Below, in pieces: positions 1 through 8,154 of a stretch of DNA of 32,000 bases. How positions within the stretch are numbered: position 1 is the stretch's first letter; each line of letters starts with the position of its first letter. Under the pieces are notes generated by a model. That model searched no databases. It was given only the letters and a program-made list of their open reading frames with translations, and had not been told where the DNA came from. The translations under genes and the position numbers were made by a program. This DNA comes from Archaeoglobus fulgidus DSM 4304 (GTDB lineage: Archaea; Halobacteriota; Archaeoglobi; Archaeoglobales; Archaeoglobaceae), in the NCBI RefSeq assembly GCF_000008665.1, contig NC_000917.1:1620001-1652000 (forward strand), written 5' to 3'.

Positions 1-2
1 AG

Positions 3-443
<441 letters not shown>

Positions 444-444
444 G

Positions 445-981
445 ATGAACGTCGTTGAGCTGGAAATTCCGGAGGATAGGGTTGGTGTGCTGATAGGCAA
501 GGATGGGGAGATTAAAAAGCTGATTGAGGAGAAGACTGGCTGCAAGTTAACCGTTTTGGGCAAGCATAACGTTGTCAAAATCGAGTGCGAGGACGCTCTT
601 GGATTCATGAGGGCGAGGGATGTTGTTTCCGCAATCTCACACGGTTTCTCCCCCGACGTAGCTCTTAAGCTCCTCTACGACGAAAATTTGGTTCTTGAGG
701 TGATCAATCTCTCCGATTTTCTTTCCGACAACGCATTGAGGAGGATTAAGGGCAGGATAATCGGCAAGGAGGGGAAGATGAGAAAGCAGATTGAAGACAT
801 GCTGAACGTAAACATCTCCATCTCAGACAAGCACGTGGCGATAATTGGCGATCCCGAAAACGTTGCTGCTGCAAGGGAGGCAATTATGATGCTTGTCGAA
901 GGGGCGCACACTTCAACAGTAATAAAGTTCATGGAAAGGAAGAGGAGGGATTTGAAGACGAGAAGTCTCGATTGGTTATGA
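445..981 (+). CDS. KH-domain RNA-binding protein (archaeal Dim2/Pno1/Krr1-like)
   Basis: Two KH-like modules (EDRVGVLIGKDGEIKKLIEEKTG and KGRIIGKEGKMRKQIEDMLNVNISI). Directly follows rio1. ATG at 445; the track uses GTG at 436. Confidence 0.88.
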   Translation: MNVVELEIPEDRVGVLIGKDGEIKKLIEEKTGCKLTVLGKHNVVKIECEDALGFMRARDVVSAISHGFSPDVALKLLYDENLVLEVINLSDFLSDNALRRIKGRIIGKEGKMRKQIEDMLNVNISISDKHVAIIGDPENVAAAREAIMMLVEGAHTSTVIKFMERKRRDLKTRSLDWL

Positions 982-2963
982 GCTGGCTTATAATAACTGA
1001 GAAGGACAACACTGCCAGAAGGATTGCGTCAATTCTCTTCAAAGACGTTAAAACGCTGAAAAAGGGTAGGGTGAGTTACTACCACTCTCCTTCAAACGAC
1101 GCCTACGTTGTTGGGCTGAAAGGCCACATAGTTGAGCTTGACTTCCCGAAGGAGCTGAATAACTGGACCAAAACTCCTCTTGAGAAACTTCTTCAGGCAG
1201 AGCTGGTGAAAAAGGTCAAGGAGAGGACGATTTCCTCTATTTTGAAGGAAATTGCCAAGAAGGCGGACAGAGTTACGGTCGCAACGGACTACGACAGAGA
1301 GGGTGAGCTGATAGGAGTTGAGGCTCTGGAAATCGTCAAGTCGGTTAATCCAACTGTTAAGGTTGACAGGGTGAGGTACAGTGCTGTTACGGAGAAGGAG
1401 ATAAGGTCAGCCTTCTCAAAACCCGTTAAAGTTGACTTCAACTTGGCCAACGCTGCGCTCGCAAGGCAGAAGATAGACCTGATATGGGGTGCCACACTCA
1501 CCAGGCTCATCTCGGTTCATTCCGGCAGGATGGGCAAGGACTTCCTGAGCGTCGGAAGGGTGCAGACGCCCACTCTAAGGCTGATTGTGGACAGGGAGCT
1601 GGAAATTCAGAACTTCAAGCCCGAGAAGTACTACGAGATTTTTGCGGAGTTTGAAGGATTCATCGCAAAGCACCCAAAGAGGTACGGCAGCAAGGAGGAA
1701 GCTGAGAAATTATTCGCCAAGATTGGCGAAACGGCGAAAGTTGAGGAATTCACAAGAAGGAGAATGGAGGAGAACAGGCCAACGCCCTTCAACACCACCG
1801 AGTTCTTGAGGGAAGCATCGAAGTTCATGTCCCCCCACAAGGCGATGAACATCGCTGAAACCCTTTACATGAACGGCTACATCAGCTACCCCAGAACGGA
1901 TAACACCGTCTATCCCCCCACCATAAACCTCATTGAAATCGTTTCTGCGCTCTCATCAGTTTTTCCGAGGGAAGCTCAAATCGTGCTATCTCAGGATAAA
2001 ATAACGCCTTCAAGAGGCAGAAGGGAAACCAAGGACCACCCGCCAATATATCCCACCGGTGTTGCGAAGAGGGGGGAGCTTTCAAAGGATGAGTGGACGA
2101 TTTACGAGCTTGTGGTAAGGAGGTTTCTCGCGACCCTCGCACCCAAAGCCGTTTGGGACGTTAGAAGAGTCGTTCTCGATAGCAACGGCGTAAAGTTCGT
2201 TGCCAACGGCAGACAGCTCGTTGAAGCGGGCTGGAGGGACATCTACATCTACTCAAAAGCTGAGGAAACCGAGCTACCCTTGCTGAAGAAAGGTGACGTC
2301 CTGAGAATACTCAAGAAAAGACTTGAGGAGAAGGAAACCAAACCTCCGGGGAGATATTCTGCTTCATCCCTGATCAAAATGATGGAGAAGCTCAATCTCG
2401 GCACGAAATCAACGAGGCACGAGATTATTCAGAAGCTCGTCAGCAGACGCTACATTCACGGTAACCCCTTCAGGCCGAGCGAAACGGCCTTTTCTGTAAT
2501 AAACGTGCTCAAGGAGACTGCGGAGACGATAACGCTGCCAGACATGACCGCTAAGCTTGAAAACGAGATGGACCTCATCGCGGAGGGGAAGAAGAGGGAG
2601 CCGGAGGTTGTGGACGAGTCAAGGGAGATGCTCCTGCAGATACTAAGGGCAATAGATTACAGAAAGCTCAGCAAAGATCTGAGGGAGGGTGTAAAGAAAG
2701 ATAAAATTGTTGGAAAATGTCCAGAATGTGGTGGAGAGCTTGTGGTGAGACAGTCCAAGGCCGGTAAGAGGTTCATAGGTTGCAGCAACTATCCTGACTG
2801 CACCTTCACCCTTCCACTTCCCCAGAATGGGACTTTGTACATCACAGCCAAGCAGTGCAAGGAGCACGAAATCAAGGAGGTCAAAATCAGGACAAAGAAG
2901 GGATACTGGAATCTCGGATGCCCCTACTGCAACTATCTCAACTGGAAGAAGGAGAACAGCTAA
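978..2963 (+). CDS. topA: DNA topoisomerase I (type IA)
   Basis: TOPRIM start (LIITEKDNTARRIASIL ... TDYDREGELIG), catalytic Tyr motif GYISYPRTDNTVYP, C-terminal zinc finger CPECGGELVVR..GCSNYPDCTFTLP plus CPYCN. ATG at 978; the track start at 972 is TTG. Confidence 0.96.
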   Translation: MSWLIITEKDNTARRIASILFKDVKTLKKGRVSYYHSPSNDAYVVGLKGHIVELDFPKELNNWTKTPLEKLLQAELVKKVKERTISSILKEIAKKADRVTVATDYDREGELIGVEALEIVKSVNPTVKVDRVRYSAVTEKEIRSAFSKPVKVDFNLANAALARQKIDLIWGATLTRLISVHSGRMGKDFLSVGRVQTPTLRLIVDRELEIQNFKPEKYYEIFAEFEGFIAKHPKRYGSKEEAEKLFAKIGETAKVEEFTRRRMEENRPTPFNTTEFLREASKFMSPHKAMNIAETLYMNGYISYPRTDNTVYPPTINLIEIVSALSSVFPREAQIVLSQDKITPSRGRRETKDHPPIYPTGVAKRGELSKDEWTIYELVVRRFLATLAPKAVWDVRRVVLDSNGVKFVANGRQLVEAGWRDIYIYSKAEETELPLLKKGDVLRILKKRLEEKETKPPGRYSASSLIKMMEKLNLGTKSTRHEIIQKLVSRRYIHGNPFRPSETAFSVINVLKETAETITLPDMTAKLENEMDLIAEGKKREPEVVDESREMLLQILRAIDYRKLSKDLREGVKKDKIVGKCPECGGELVVRQSKAGKRFIGCSNYPDCTFTLPLPQNGTLYITAKQCKEHEIKEVKIRTKKGYWNLGCPYCNYLNWKKENS

Positions 2964-3268
2964 CCGAGGCTCTTCTTGAAAAGCTCTAAAAGGTCGTCTA
3001 TCGTTTCCACAACCTTAGTGCCGGATTCCGTGAGCTTGTAGTGCTTATCCTCTTTAATGACGAGACCCACCTTAAGCAGAACTTTCAGATGCCTGTCCAG
3101 AATGCTTGGATTGAGCTTTGTGTCGAACATCAGCTGCGAGAACTTCTTTGGGCCATCGCTTAGACTGTAGAGGATGTCGCTCACACCCTTCCTCCCGATA
3201 ATCTTAAGTACTTCCTTAACGCTGATATCGAGTTCCTCCATGTTCTCAGCCTCGATCACTTCACCCAC
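2960..3268 (-). CDS. winged-helix transcriptional regulator (HxlR/ArsR-like)
   Basis: IIGRKGVSDILYSLSDGPKKFSQLMFDTKLNPSILDRHLKVLLKVGLVIKEDKHYKLTESG is a typical wHTH. Stop overlaps the topA stop by 4 bp (convergent). Confidence 0.8.
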   Translation of the reverse strand: MGEVIEAENMEELDISVKEVLKIIGRKGVSDILYSLSDGPKKFSQLMFDTKLNPSILDRHLKVLLKVGLVIKEDKHYKLTESGTKVVETIDDLLELFKKSLG

Positions 3269-3388
3269 CGTTCAACACTTCTCCCTCTTATTCTTAAAGT
3301 TATCTTTGTATAGAAAAATTATATTTTTGTAATTACTTTTATGTTTGCGGGGCGAAAGTCCTTATATTTTGGAGCCCAATGTGCATTT

Positions 3389-3616
3389 ATGAAGGCAGGC
3401 TCGATTGCATCGAGTCCCGGAAAGCTGAAGATAATGAATCTTTTGGCAAAGAAAGAGCTTGATGCTGGCAGAATTGCAAAAAGCACAAGGATTCCGTTGA
3501 ATATTGTCAAGTGGCTTTTGGATGAGCTTGAAAAGGATGGTCTGGTTGAGCAGGAGGCTGGCAGCTACAAAGCTACCGAAGAAGGTATAAAAGCCTTGAA
3601 AGCTCTGAAAATGTAG
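3389..3616 (+). CDS. small winged-helix DNA-binding protein
   Basis: [73 protein letters not shown]. Start at 3389 preferred over 3341 because a TATA-like box (about 3362-3370) lies about 25 nt upstream of it. Confidence 0.7.
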
Positions 3617-3617
3617 G

Positions 3618-4761
3618 ATGCTGAAGGAAAGAGAAGATAGCAAAGACAAGGTTTTCATTCTCCGGGACATTGTGGAGATAAGGGATTCCGAAGGACGTTT
3701 ACAGCAAGCTTGAGAAGAGGTACTCGAAGGAGTACATAGTCTCCTTTGCTGACGAGAAGAGAGTTCTGAACAGAGTTACGGGGAGGGAGCTTGTATTCGT
3801 TACCAAGGAGAGCGGAATTCCCTTGCTGGGACACTCAGCTTTCGGAATAATAGACAGGGGGGCGAACCTCCTGCAGGTTAGAAACATCACCGGCTGCAAC
3901 CTCAACTGCATCTTCTGCAGCGTTGATGAGGGCAAAGGCAGCAAAACGAGAAATGCCGACTTCATCGTTGACCCCGACTACATGCTTGAGGAGCTTGGGA
4001 AGGTTGTTGAGTTCAAGGGAAAGGGTGTGGAGCTCCATCTCGACGGGCAGGGAGAGCCCTTCCTCTACCCATACATGGAGTATTTTCTCGAGAAAGCGAG
4101 CAGGATGAAGGGAGTTGAGGTTGTGTCAATTCAGAGCAACGGCACTTTGCTTACTGAGGAGAAAATTTCGGCCATAGAAGATTACGTCACCAGAATAAAC
4201 CTTTCATTGAGCTCCCTTGACGAAAAGACGGCAAAAACTCTGCATGGAGCATACAGCGTGAAGAAGGTGAAAGAGGTTGCTGAGATGATTGCCAGCAGCA
4301 AGATGGATTTGCTTATAGCCCCTGTCTGGGTTCCGGGCTACAATGACAGGGAGATTCCGAAAATAATTGAGTTTGCCCTCGAGATAGGGGCTGGGAAGAA
4401 GTACCCACCCCTTGGAATTCAGAAGTACATTCCCTACCGCTATGGCAGGAAAGCGGGGAAGAGCATGCCGTTTAAGGAGTTCTACCGGAGGCTTGAGGAG
4501 TATGAGAAAGAATACGGCGTTAAGCTTGTTCTGGGTCCTGAGGATTTCGGGATGGAGAAGAGGCCGAAGCTGAGCTGCCCCTTCAGGAGGGGCGAGAGAG
4601 TTAGGGCGAGGGTGGTGTGTGAGGGAAGGCTCAAAGGTGAGAAGGTCTGCGTGGCGAGGGGGAGGAGCATTGCTGTCAACACTGACAAGAGGGTTGGGGA
4701 GTTCGTCGAATTCGAGGTTGTTAGCACCAAGGACGGTATAATAATTGGGGTGGAAAGGTGA
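3618..4761 (+). CDS. radical SAM protein, with apparent +1 frameshift near 3681 (N-terminus in a different frame)
   Basis: Cluster motif TGCNLNCIFCSVDEG (CxxxCxxC) with downstream GEPFLYPYMEYFL and conserved radical SAM fold segments. Track ORF is 3823..4761 (TTG), but coding-like sequence in its frame runs back to 3682, and the preceding frame 3618-3713 begins MLKEREDSKDKVFILRDIVEI. Confidence 0.85.
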
Positions 4762-5231
4762 AGGTTCTGATTTCGTCAAGCGTTAAGGAGGGGATTGAAT
4801 GCCTCGCCAAGAGGCTTGCAGAGATGGGCTATGAAATCCTCGCCACAGAGGGAACAGCGGATTATCTGCAGGAGAAGGGTGTTAATGCTCTCAAATTATC
4901 AGAGATTACTGGTATCGCAGAAAGCAAGTCAATCAAAACACTACACCCAAAAATTTACGAGATGATTTTCTCCGGCGAGATAAAAGCGGTGGTGGTGATT
5001 CCTTACAACCTCAGAGAGAATCCTTGCAGGGAGAATATTGACATTGGCGGCATTTCCCTCTTGAGGGCTGCGGCAAAGGCAGGAGTTCCGGCAGCCTACG
5101 ATTTGAAAAGTTTTCAAAAGCTTGTGGAGGTTTTGGAAGGGAAGAAGAGGTACAACGCTGCGGAAGTTTTTCGATTCACTTCAGAGTACGACCGAACGAT
5201 TGCGGAGTGGTTGGAGAATGAAGCACCTTGA
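4758..5231 (+). CDS. purH: MGS-like / IMP cyclohydrolase-domain protein (PurH N-terminal domain, stand-alone)
   Basis: MKVLISSSVKEGIECLAKRLAEMGYEILATEGTADYLQEKGVNALKLSEITG...KTLHPKIYEMIF resembles the PurH IMPCH domain (TLHPKI signature). Only 157 aa, with no AICAR transformylase domain. Confidence 0.72.
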   Translation: MKVLISSSVKEGIECLAKRLAEMGYEILATEGTADYLQEKGVNALKLSEITGIAESKSIKTLHPKIYEMIFSGEIKAVVVIPYNLRENPCRENIDIGGISLLRAAAKAGVPAAYDLKSFQKLVEVLEGKKRYNAAEVFRFTSEYDRTIAEWLENEAP

Positions 5232-5751
5232 GTTTAAGGGAAAATACGCCAAAGCCTTGATTGAGGGAAGGAAGAGGCTGACGATCAGGAAGTGGACGAA
5301 TTTGAAGGAGGGTGATGAAGTCTTGGTGCACAGCGGAGGAAAGATTATCGGGAAGGCGAAGATTAAGGCTATCAAAAAAAGGCATGTATCTGAGATTACA
5401 GATGAGGAAGCGAGGCTCGACGGATTCAGGAATGCGGAGGAGCTGATGGAGGAGATGAAAAAAATGGGCTATGACGGTGAGGTTTACGTCATACACTTCG
5501 ATTTTGAGCCTCTACAGGCCGTCAATCCTCACAAGCTTTACTACGGCGATGCTGACCTGGAGGAGATTGCAAGAAGGAGTCTTGAGCACCTTGAGCTTGA
5601 TGAGAGGGACAGGCTGGTGCTCGAAACCTTTTTGAGTTACGGAAGTATAAGAAAGGCTGCGAGAAAGCTCGGAGGGGCGAGAAAAAGGGGGGAGATAAGA
5701 AAGGTCTTGAGGAAGTGCTACAACGAGCTTGTGAAGAGGGGGCTGATTTAA
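5218..5751 (+). CDS. ASCH-domain (PUA-like fold) protein with C-terminal helix-turn-helix-like segment
   Basis: KYAKALIEGRKRLTIRKWTNLKEGDEVLVHSGGKIIGKAKIKAIKKRHVSEITDEEARLDGF is ASCH-like. The C-terminus DRLVLETFLSYGSIRKAARKLGGARKRGEIRKVLRKCYNELVKRG is HTH-like. ATG at 5218; the track start at 5122 overlaps the upstream gene. Confidence 0.7.
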   Translation: MKHLEFKGKYAKALIEGRKRLTIRKWTNLKEGDEVLVHSGGKIIGKAKIKAIKKRHVSEITDEEARLDGFRNAEELMEEMKKMGYDGEVYVIHFDFEPLQAVNPHKLYYGDADLEEIARRSLEHLELDERDRLVLETFLSYGSIRKAARKLGGARKRGEIRKVLRKCYNELVKRGLI

Positions 5752-5754
5752 ACT

Positions 5755-6076
5755 TCAATCATCGGGCTGTAAATCTTCTTTCATCTCATCGAATTTTGCT
5801 CTGGCAAGAAGGTGGATGTTTACTCTGCTGTCATCGGTCAGAAACTTGACTATTCTGGAGTAATCCTCAAATTTCATTTTTCGGGGATTTTTGAGGACAC
5901 AATGAGAATGTCGAGATCAGAACTCAGAGTGTGCTCCCCTCTCGCGAAGCTTCCAACTATGAAAACTTCGCAATCGCCAAGAATCTTCCTGGCCTTTTCT
6001 TTTATTTCCTCGCAATAGCGTGAGCATTTTCGAAGAACTTCTCGTTTTCTTTAAGCTTTCTGTAGTAGTCGATCAT
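5755..6076 (-). pseudogene. MNT-family nucleotidyltransferase (antitoxin-like) remnant, in three frames
   Basis: Manual minus-strand translation: MIDYYRKLKENEKFFENAHA (from 6076), then, shifted, YCEEIKEKARKILGDCEVFIVGSFARGEHTLSSDLDILIVSSKIPEK* (to 5874), then, shifted, MKFEDYSRIVKFLTDDSRVNIHLLARAKFDEMKEDLQPDD* (5877-5755). GSFARGE-x-SDLDI is the polymerase-beta-like nucleotidyltransferase signature. Confidence 0.8.
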
Positions 6077-6272
6077 AGCAGGTCGAGAACTCTTCTGGCT
6101 ACCGATAAGCTTTTTTCTGCTATTTCTTGAGAGTATTCAACGTCAAGAGTATTTCACCATACTTTTTTGCGATTATAAATTTCAAGCCGAGCTGCACCGC
6201 CTGCTCTGCGAAGAACATCGTAAAGTTGGCCTTGGAGTAGAAGCGAAGGGCCCTCTGTTTTAGGAATTCCAT
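6073..6272 (-). pseudogene. HEPN-domain protein remnant (toxin-like partner of the MNT gene)
   Basis: Minus strand: MEFLKQRALRFYSKANFTMFFAEQAVQLGLKFIIAKKYGEILLTLNTLKK* (6272-6120), then, in a shifted frame, LDVEYSQEIAEKSLSVARRVLDLL* ending at 6073. The FFAEQAVQLxLKF segment is characteristic of HEPN. The stop overlaps the MNT ATG (ATGA). Confidence 0.72.
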
Positions 6273-6293
6273 ATTCAGGATTTATTTGTATTA

Positions 6294-6308
6294 GAAATAT
6301 AAAACCAT
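6294..6308 (-). promoter_or_regulatory. putative TATA box for the HEPN/MNT remnant
   Basis: Minus strand reads ggttttatatttctaa about 25 nt upstream of the HEPN ATG at 6272. Confidence 0.35.
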
Positions 6309-6328
6309 TGCCGAAGAAAAAATTAAAA

Positions 6329-7690
6329 TCACATGCCGAGCATCTTCTCTTCCCACTTTTTCAGGTAGGCTGAGCTCTGGCTAACATCAGCGAAGATGCT
6401 TGCAGCCCTCTCAACGTCCTCAAGTTCCACTTTTCCTGAGTTTCTCATCTTGGCAAACTCGTAGGCTGGGGCGAGGAGCTGAACCGCATACCTCAAACTC
6501 GTCTTCTCCCCTATGTCAGTGAGCTTCTCCATCGCCTCGTTGCTGAGCATTATTCCGGACTCGGCTGCTCTTATCTCTATTATTGTCTTGATTTCCTCCC
6601 TGCTGTAGGGCTCTGTCGTGATGATCAGCAGCCTGTCAAGCAAGTCAAGCGGGATGCCGTGCGGAGCAACAATATCGGTCCCTCTAATCCTCGAAAATCC
6701 TCTGTTGGAGGCGAGAATTATTATTGGCGCCATTTCCGACTCCATTGCCCTGTTCATGAAGGCAAAGAGCTCGATGTCCATGAGATGTGTTTCGTCGATA
6801 AAAAGCACTCCCGGAACAAGCTCAGCTCTGCCCTCCTCAACGAGCCTCTTTACCTGCTCATCCACAGCTTCTCTAACTTCATTGTCGATTTCCCTGCTCG
6901 GCGGGGAGAAGAGGCTGAATATGCTCGTCCTTCTCGCATTTGCCTCATCCAGGTCGTGCAATGTTACAACATACGTGAACTCCTTCTCCTTCTCCACCTT
7001 TCCCGATGGGACGGGAACGACCTCATCATCCCCCAGATCATACTTCTTCTTCGCCTTCTCGCTCCTTCCAAGCTTCCCTATTCTCCCCGTCTCCTTGTCA
7101 ATAACTATGACATCTCCAACCTCGATTCCTTGAGTGAAGAACTGCATCGCAAGCCTTCCCCCAACGCTGAAGGTTCTCTTCTCATCCTTTGTTGCCAGAG
7201 TGAGTGTTGCAGACTCAGGAATCTTCTGTGTGGGGTTGTAGGGGTTGGGAACCATGTTGTAGTCGAGGCCAACAACCTCTCCTTCAAGCACAGTCCTCGT
7301 CTCTCTTATCCTCACACCGATTGCCTTTCTCATCGCCTGAATGAGAGCTTCAGTCTTCTTCATCTCCGCGCTGTAGAACTCGCTCGCTGAAACCTGAACG
7401 AATGGGATATCCTTTCCAAGCTCCTTGCTTATGGCTACTGCAATGGCGGTTTTTCCAGTTCCCGGCGGGCCTGCCATCAGTATTCCCCTGCCTGCCATTT
7501 TCCCTGATTTGATGAGCCTCACTATAACTCCCGCCGCCTCTCTCGCCCTCTTCTGCCCCACAAGACCGTCGGCAACATCCTTAGCCCTGAGATTTTCATC
7601 CAGTCCAAGACCGCGAATGTGTGAGTGAGCACTTATCCTCTCAAATGTCTGGGTGATTTCCCTGATTTCGCCCGCCATGGCCACCACCAA
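6329..7690 (-). CDS. TIP49/RuvB-like AAA+ ATPase (TBP-interacting protein-like)
   Basis: Walker A GPPGTGKTAIAVAISKELG, Walker B GVLFIDETHLMDIELFAFMNRAMES, RGTDIVAPHGIPLDLLDRLLII and N-terminal AHSHIRGLGLD are all typical of TIP49. Confidence 0.95.
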   Translation of the reverse strand: MVVAMAGEIREITQTFERISAHSHIRGLGLDENLRAKDVADGLVGQKRAREAAGVIVRLIKSGKMAGRGILMAGPPGTGKTAIAVAISKELGKDIPFVQVSASEFYSAEMKKTEALIQAMRKAIGVRIRETRTVLEGEVVGLDYNMVPNPYNPTQKIPESATLTLATKDEKRTFSVGGRLAMQFFTQGIEVGDVIVIDKETGRIGKLGRSEKAKKKYDLGDDEVVPVPSGKVEKEKEFTYVVTLHDLDEANARRTSIFSLFSPPSREIDNEVREAVDEQVKRLVEEGRAELVPGVLFIDETHLMDIELFAFMNRAMESEMAPIIILASNRGFSRIRGTDIVAPHGIPLDLLDRLLIITTEPYSREEIKTIIEIRAAESGIMLSNEAMEKLTDIGEKTSLRYAVQLLAPAYEFAKMRNSGKVELEDVERAASIFADVSQSSAYLKKWEEKMLGM

Positions 7691-7709
7691 AATTGGTGGA
7701 AAAGTAGGG

Positions 7710-7724
7710 CTATATAAATATTCC
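7710..7724 (-). promoter_or_regulatory. putative archaeal TATA box for the TIP49-like gene
   Basis: Plus-strand ggctatataaatattcc; the minus-strand TATA lies about 25 nt upstream of the start at 7690. Confidence 0.5.
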
Positions 7725-7761
7725 TCCGTCAGCTAAATTTGTTTCTTTACAACTGAAAAGC

Positions 7762-8118
7762 ATGAAGCTCAGAGGACACCACCTCATCTGCCTTCAGTTT
7801 TTCAGAGGAGAAGGCTACAGCGGGGAGTTTGTAGAGAATGTTAAAAAGATAATGGAGAGATTGGAAAGTGGGGAGACAGTGGAGGTTGTTGCTGGAGTTG
7901 ATGACATTTGCGTGGCATGCCCCTACAACAGAGGTTATTGCGGTAAGGATGAGACTTCGGAGGAGAGGGTGAGGGAGATGGATAAAGCAGCGGTAAGACT
8001 GCTTGGTGTTTCAGAGAAAACTACATGGAGAGAGGTGGCAGAGAGAATTGAGAAAGTTCTCAATGAATGGCGGGTTTTTTGCGAGGATTGCGATTGGAAA
8101 GAAGTATGTTATGGCTGA
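7762..8118 (+). CDS. DUF1284-like cysteine-containing protein
   Basis: KLRGHHLICLQFFRGEGYSGEFVENVKKI...DDICVACPYNRGYCGK...FCEDCDWKEVCYG. The N-terminal RGHHLxC motif plus Cys pairs is typical of this family. Confidence 0.75.
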   Translation: MKLRGHHLICLQFFRGEGYSGEFVENVKKIMERLESGETVEVVAGVDDICVACPYNRGYCGKDETSEERVREMDKAAVRLLGVSEKTTWREVAERIEKVLNEWRVFCEDCDWKEVCYG

Positions 8119-8154
8119 AGGAAAAATATTTAATGATTTATTTCTATTTTTTGC

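Noticed and set aside
4204-4779. Minus-strand 191-aa ORF over the radical SAM gene
   Set aside because: Overlaps well-supported coding sequence; the translation (many Pro/Leu/Asn) looks non-biological.
6659-7390. Long plus-strand ORF (243 aa) antisense to the TIP49-like gene
   Set aside because: Shadow ORF of a strongly conserved AAA+ gene on the minus strand; no family resemblance or start context. High-GC coding genes routinely produce such antisense ORFs.
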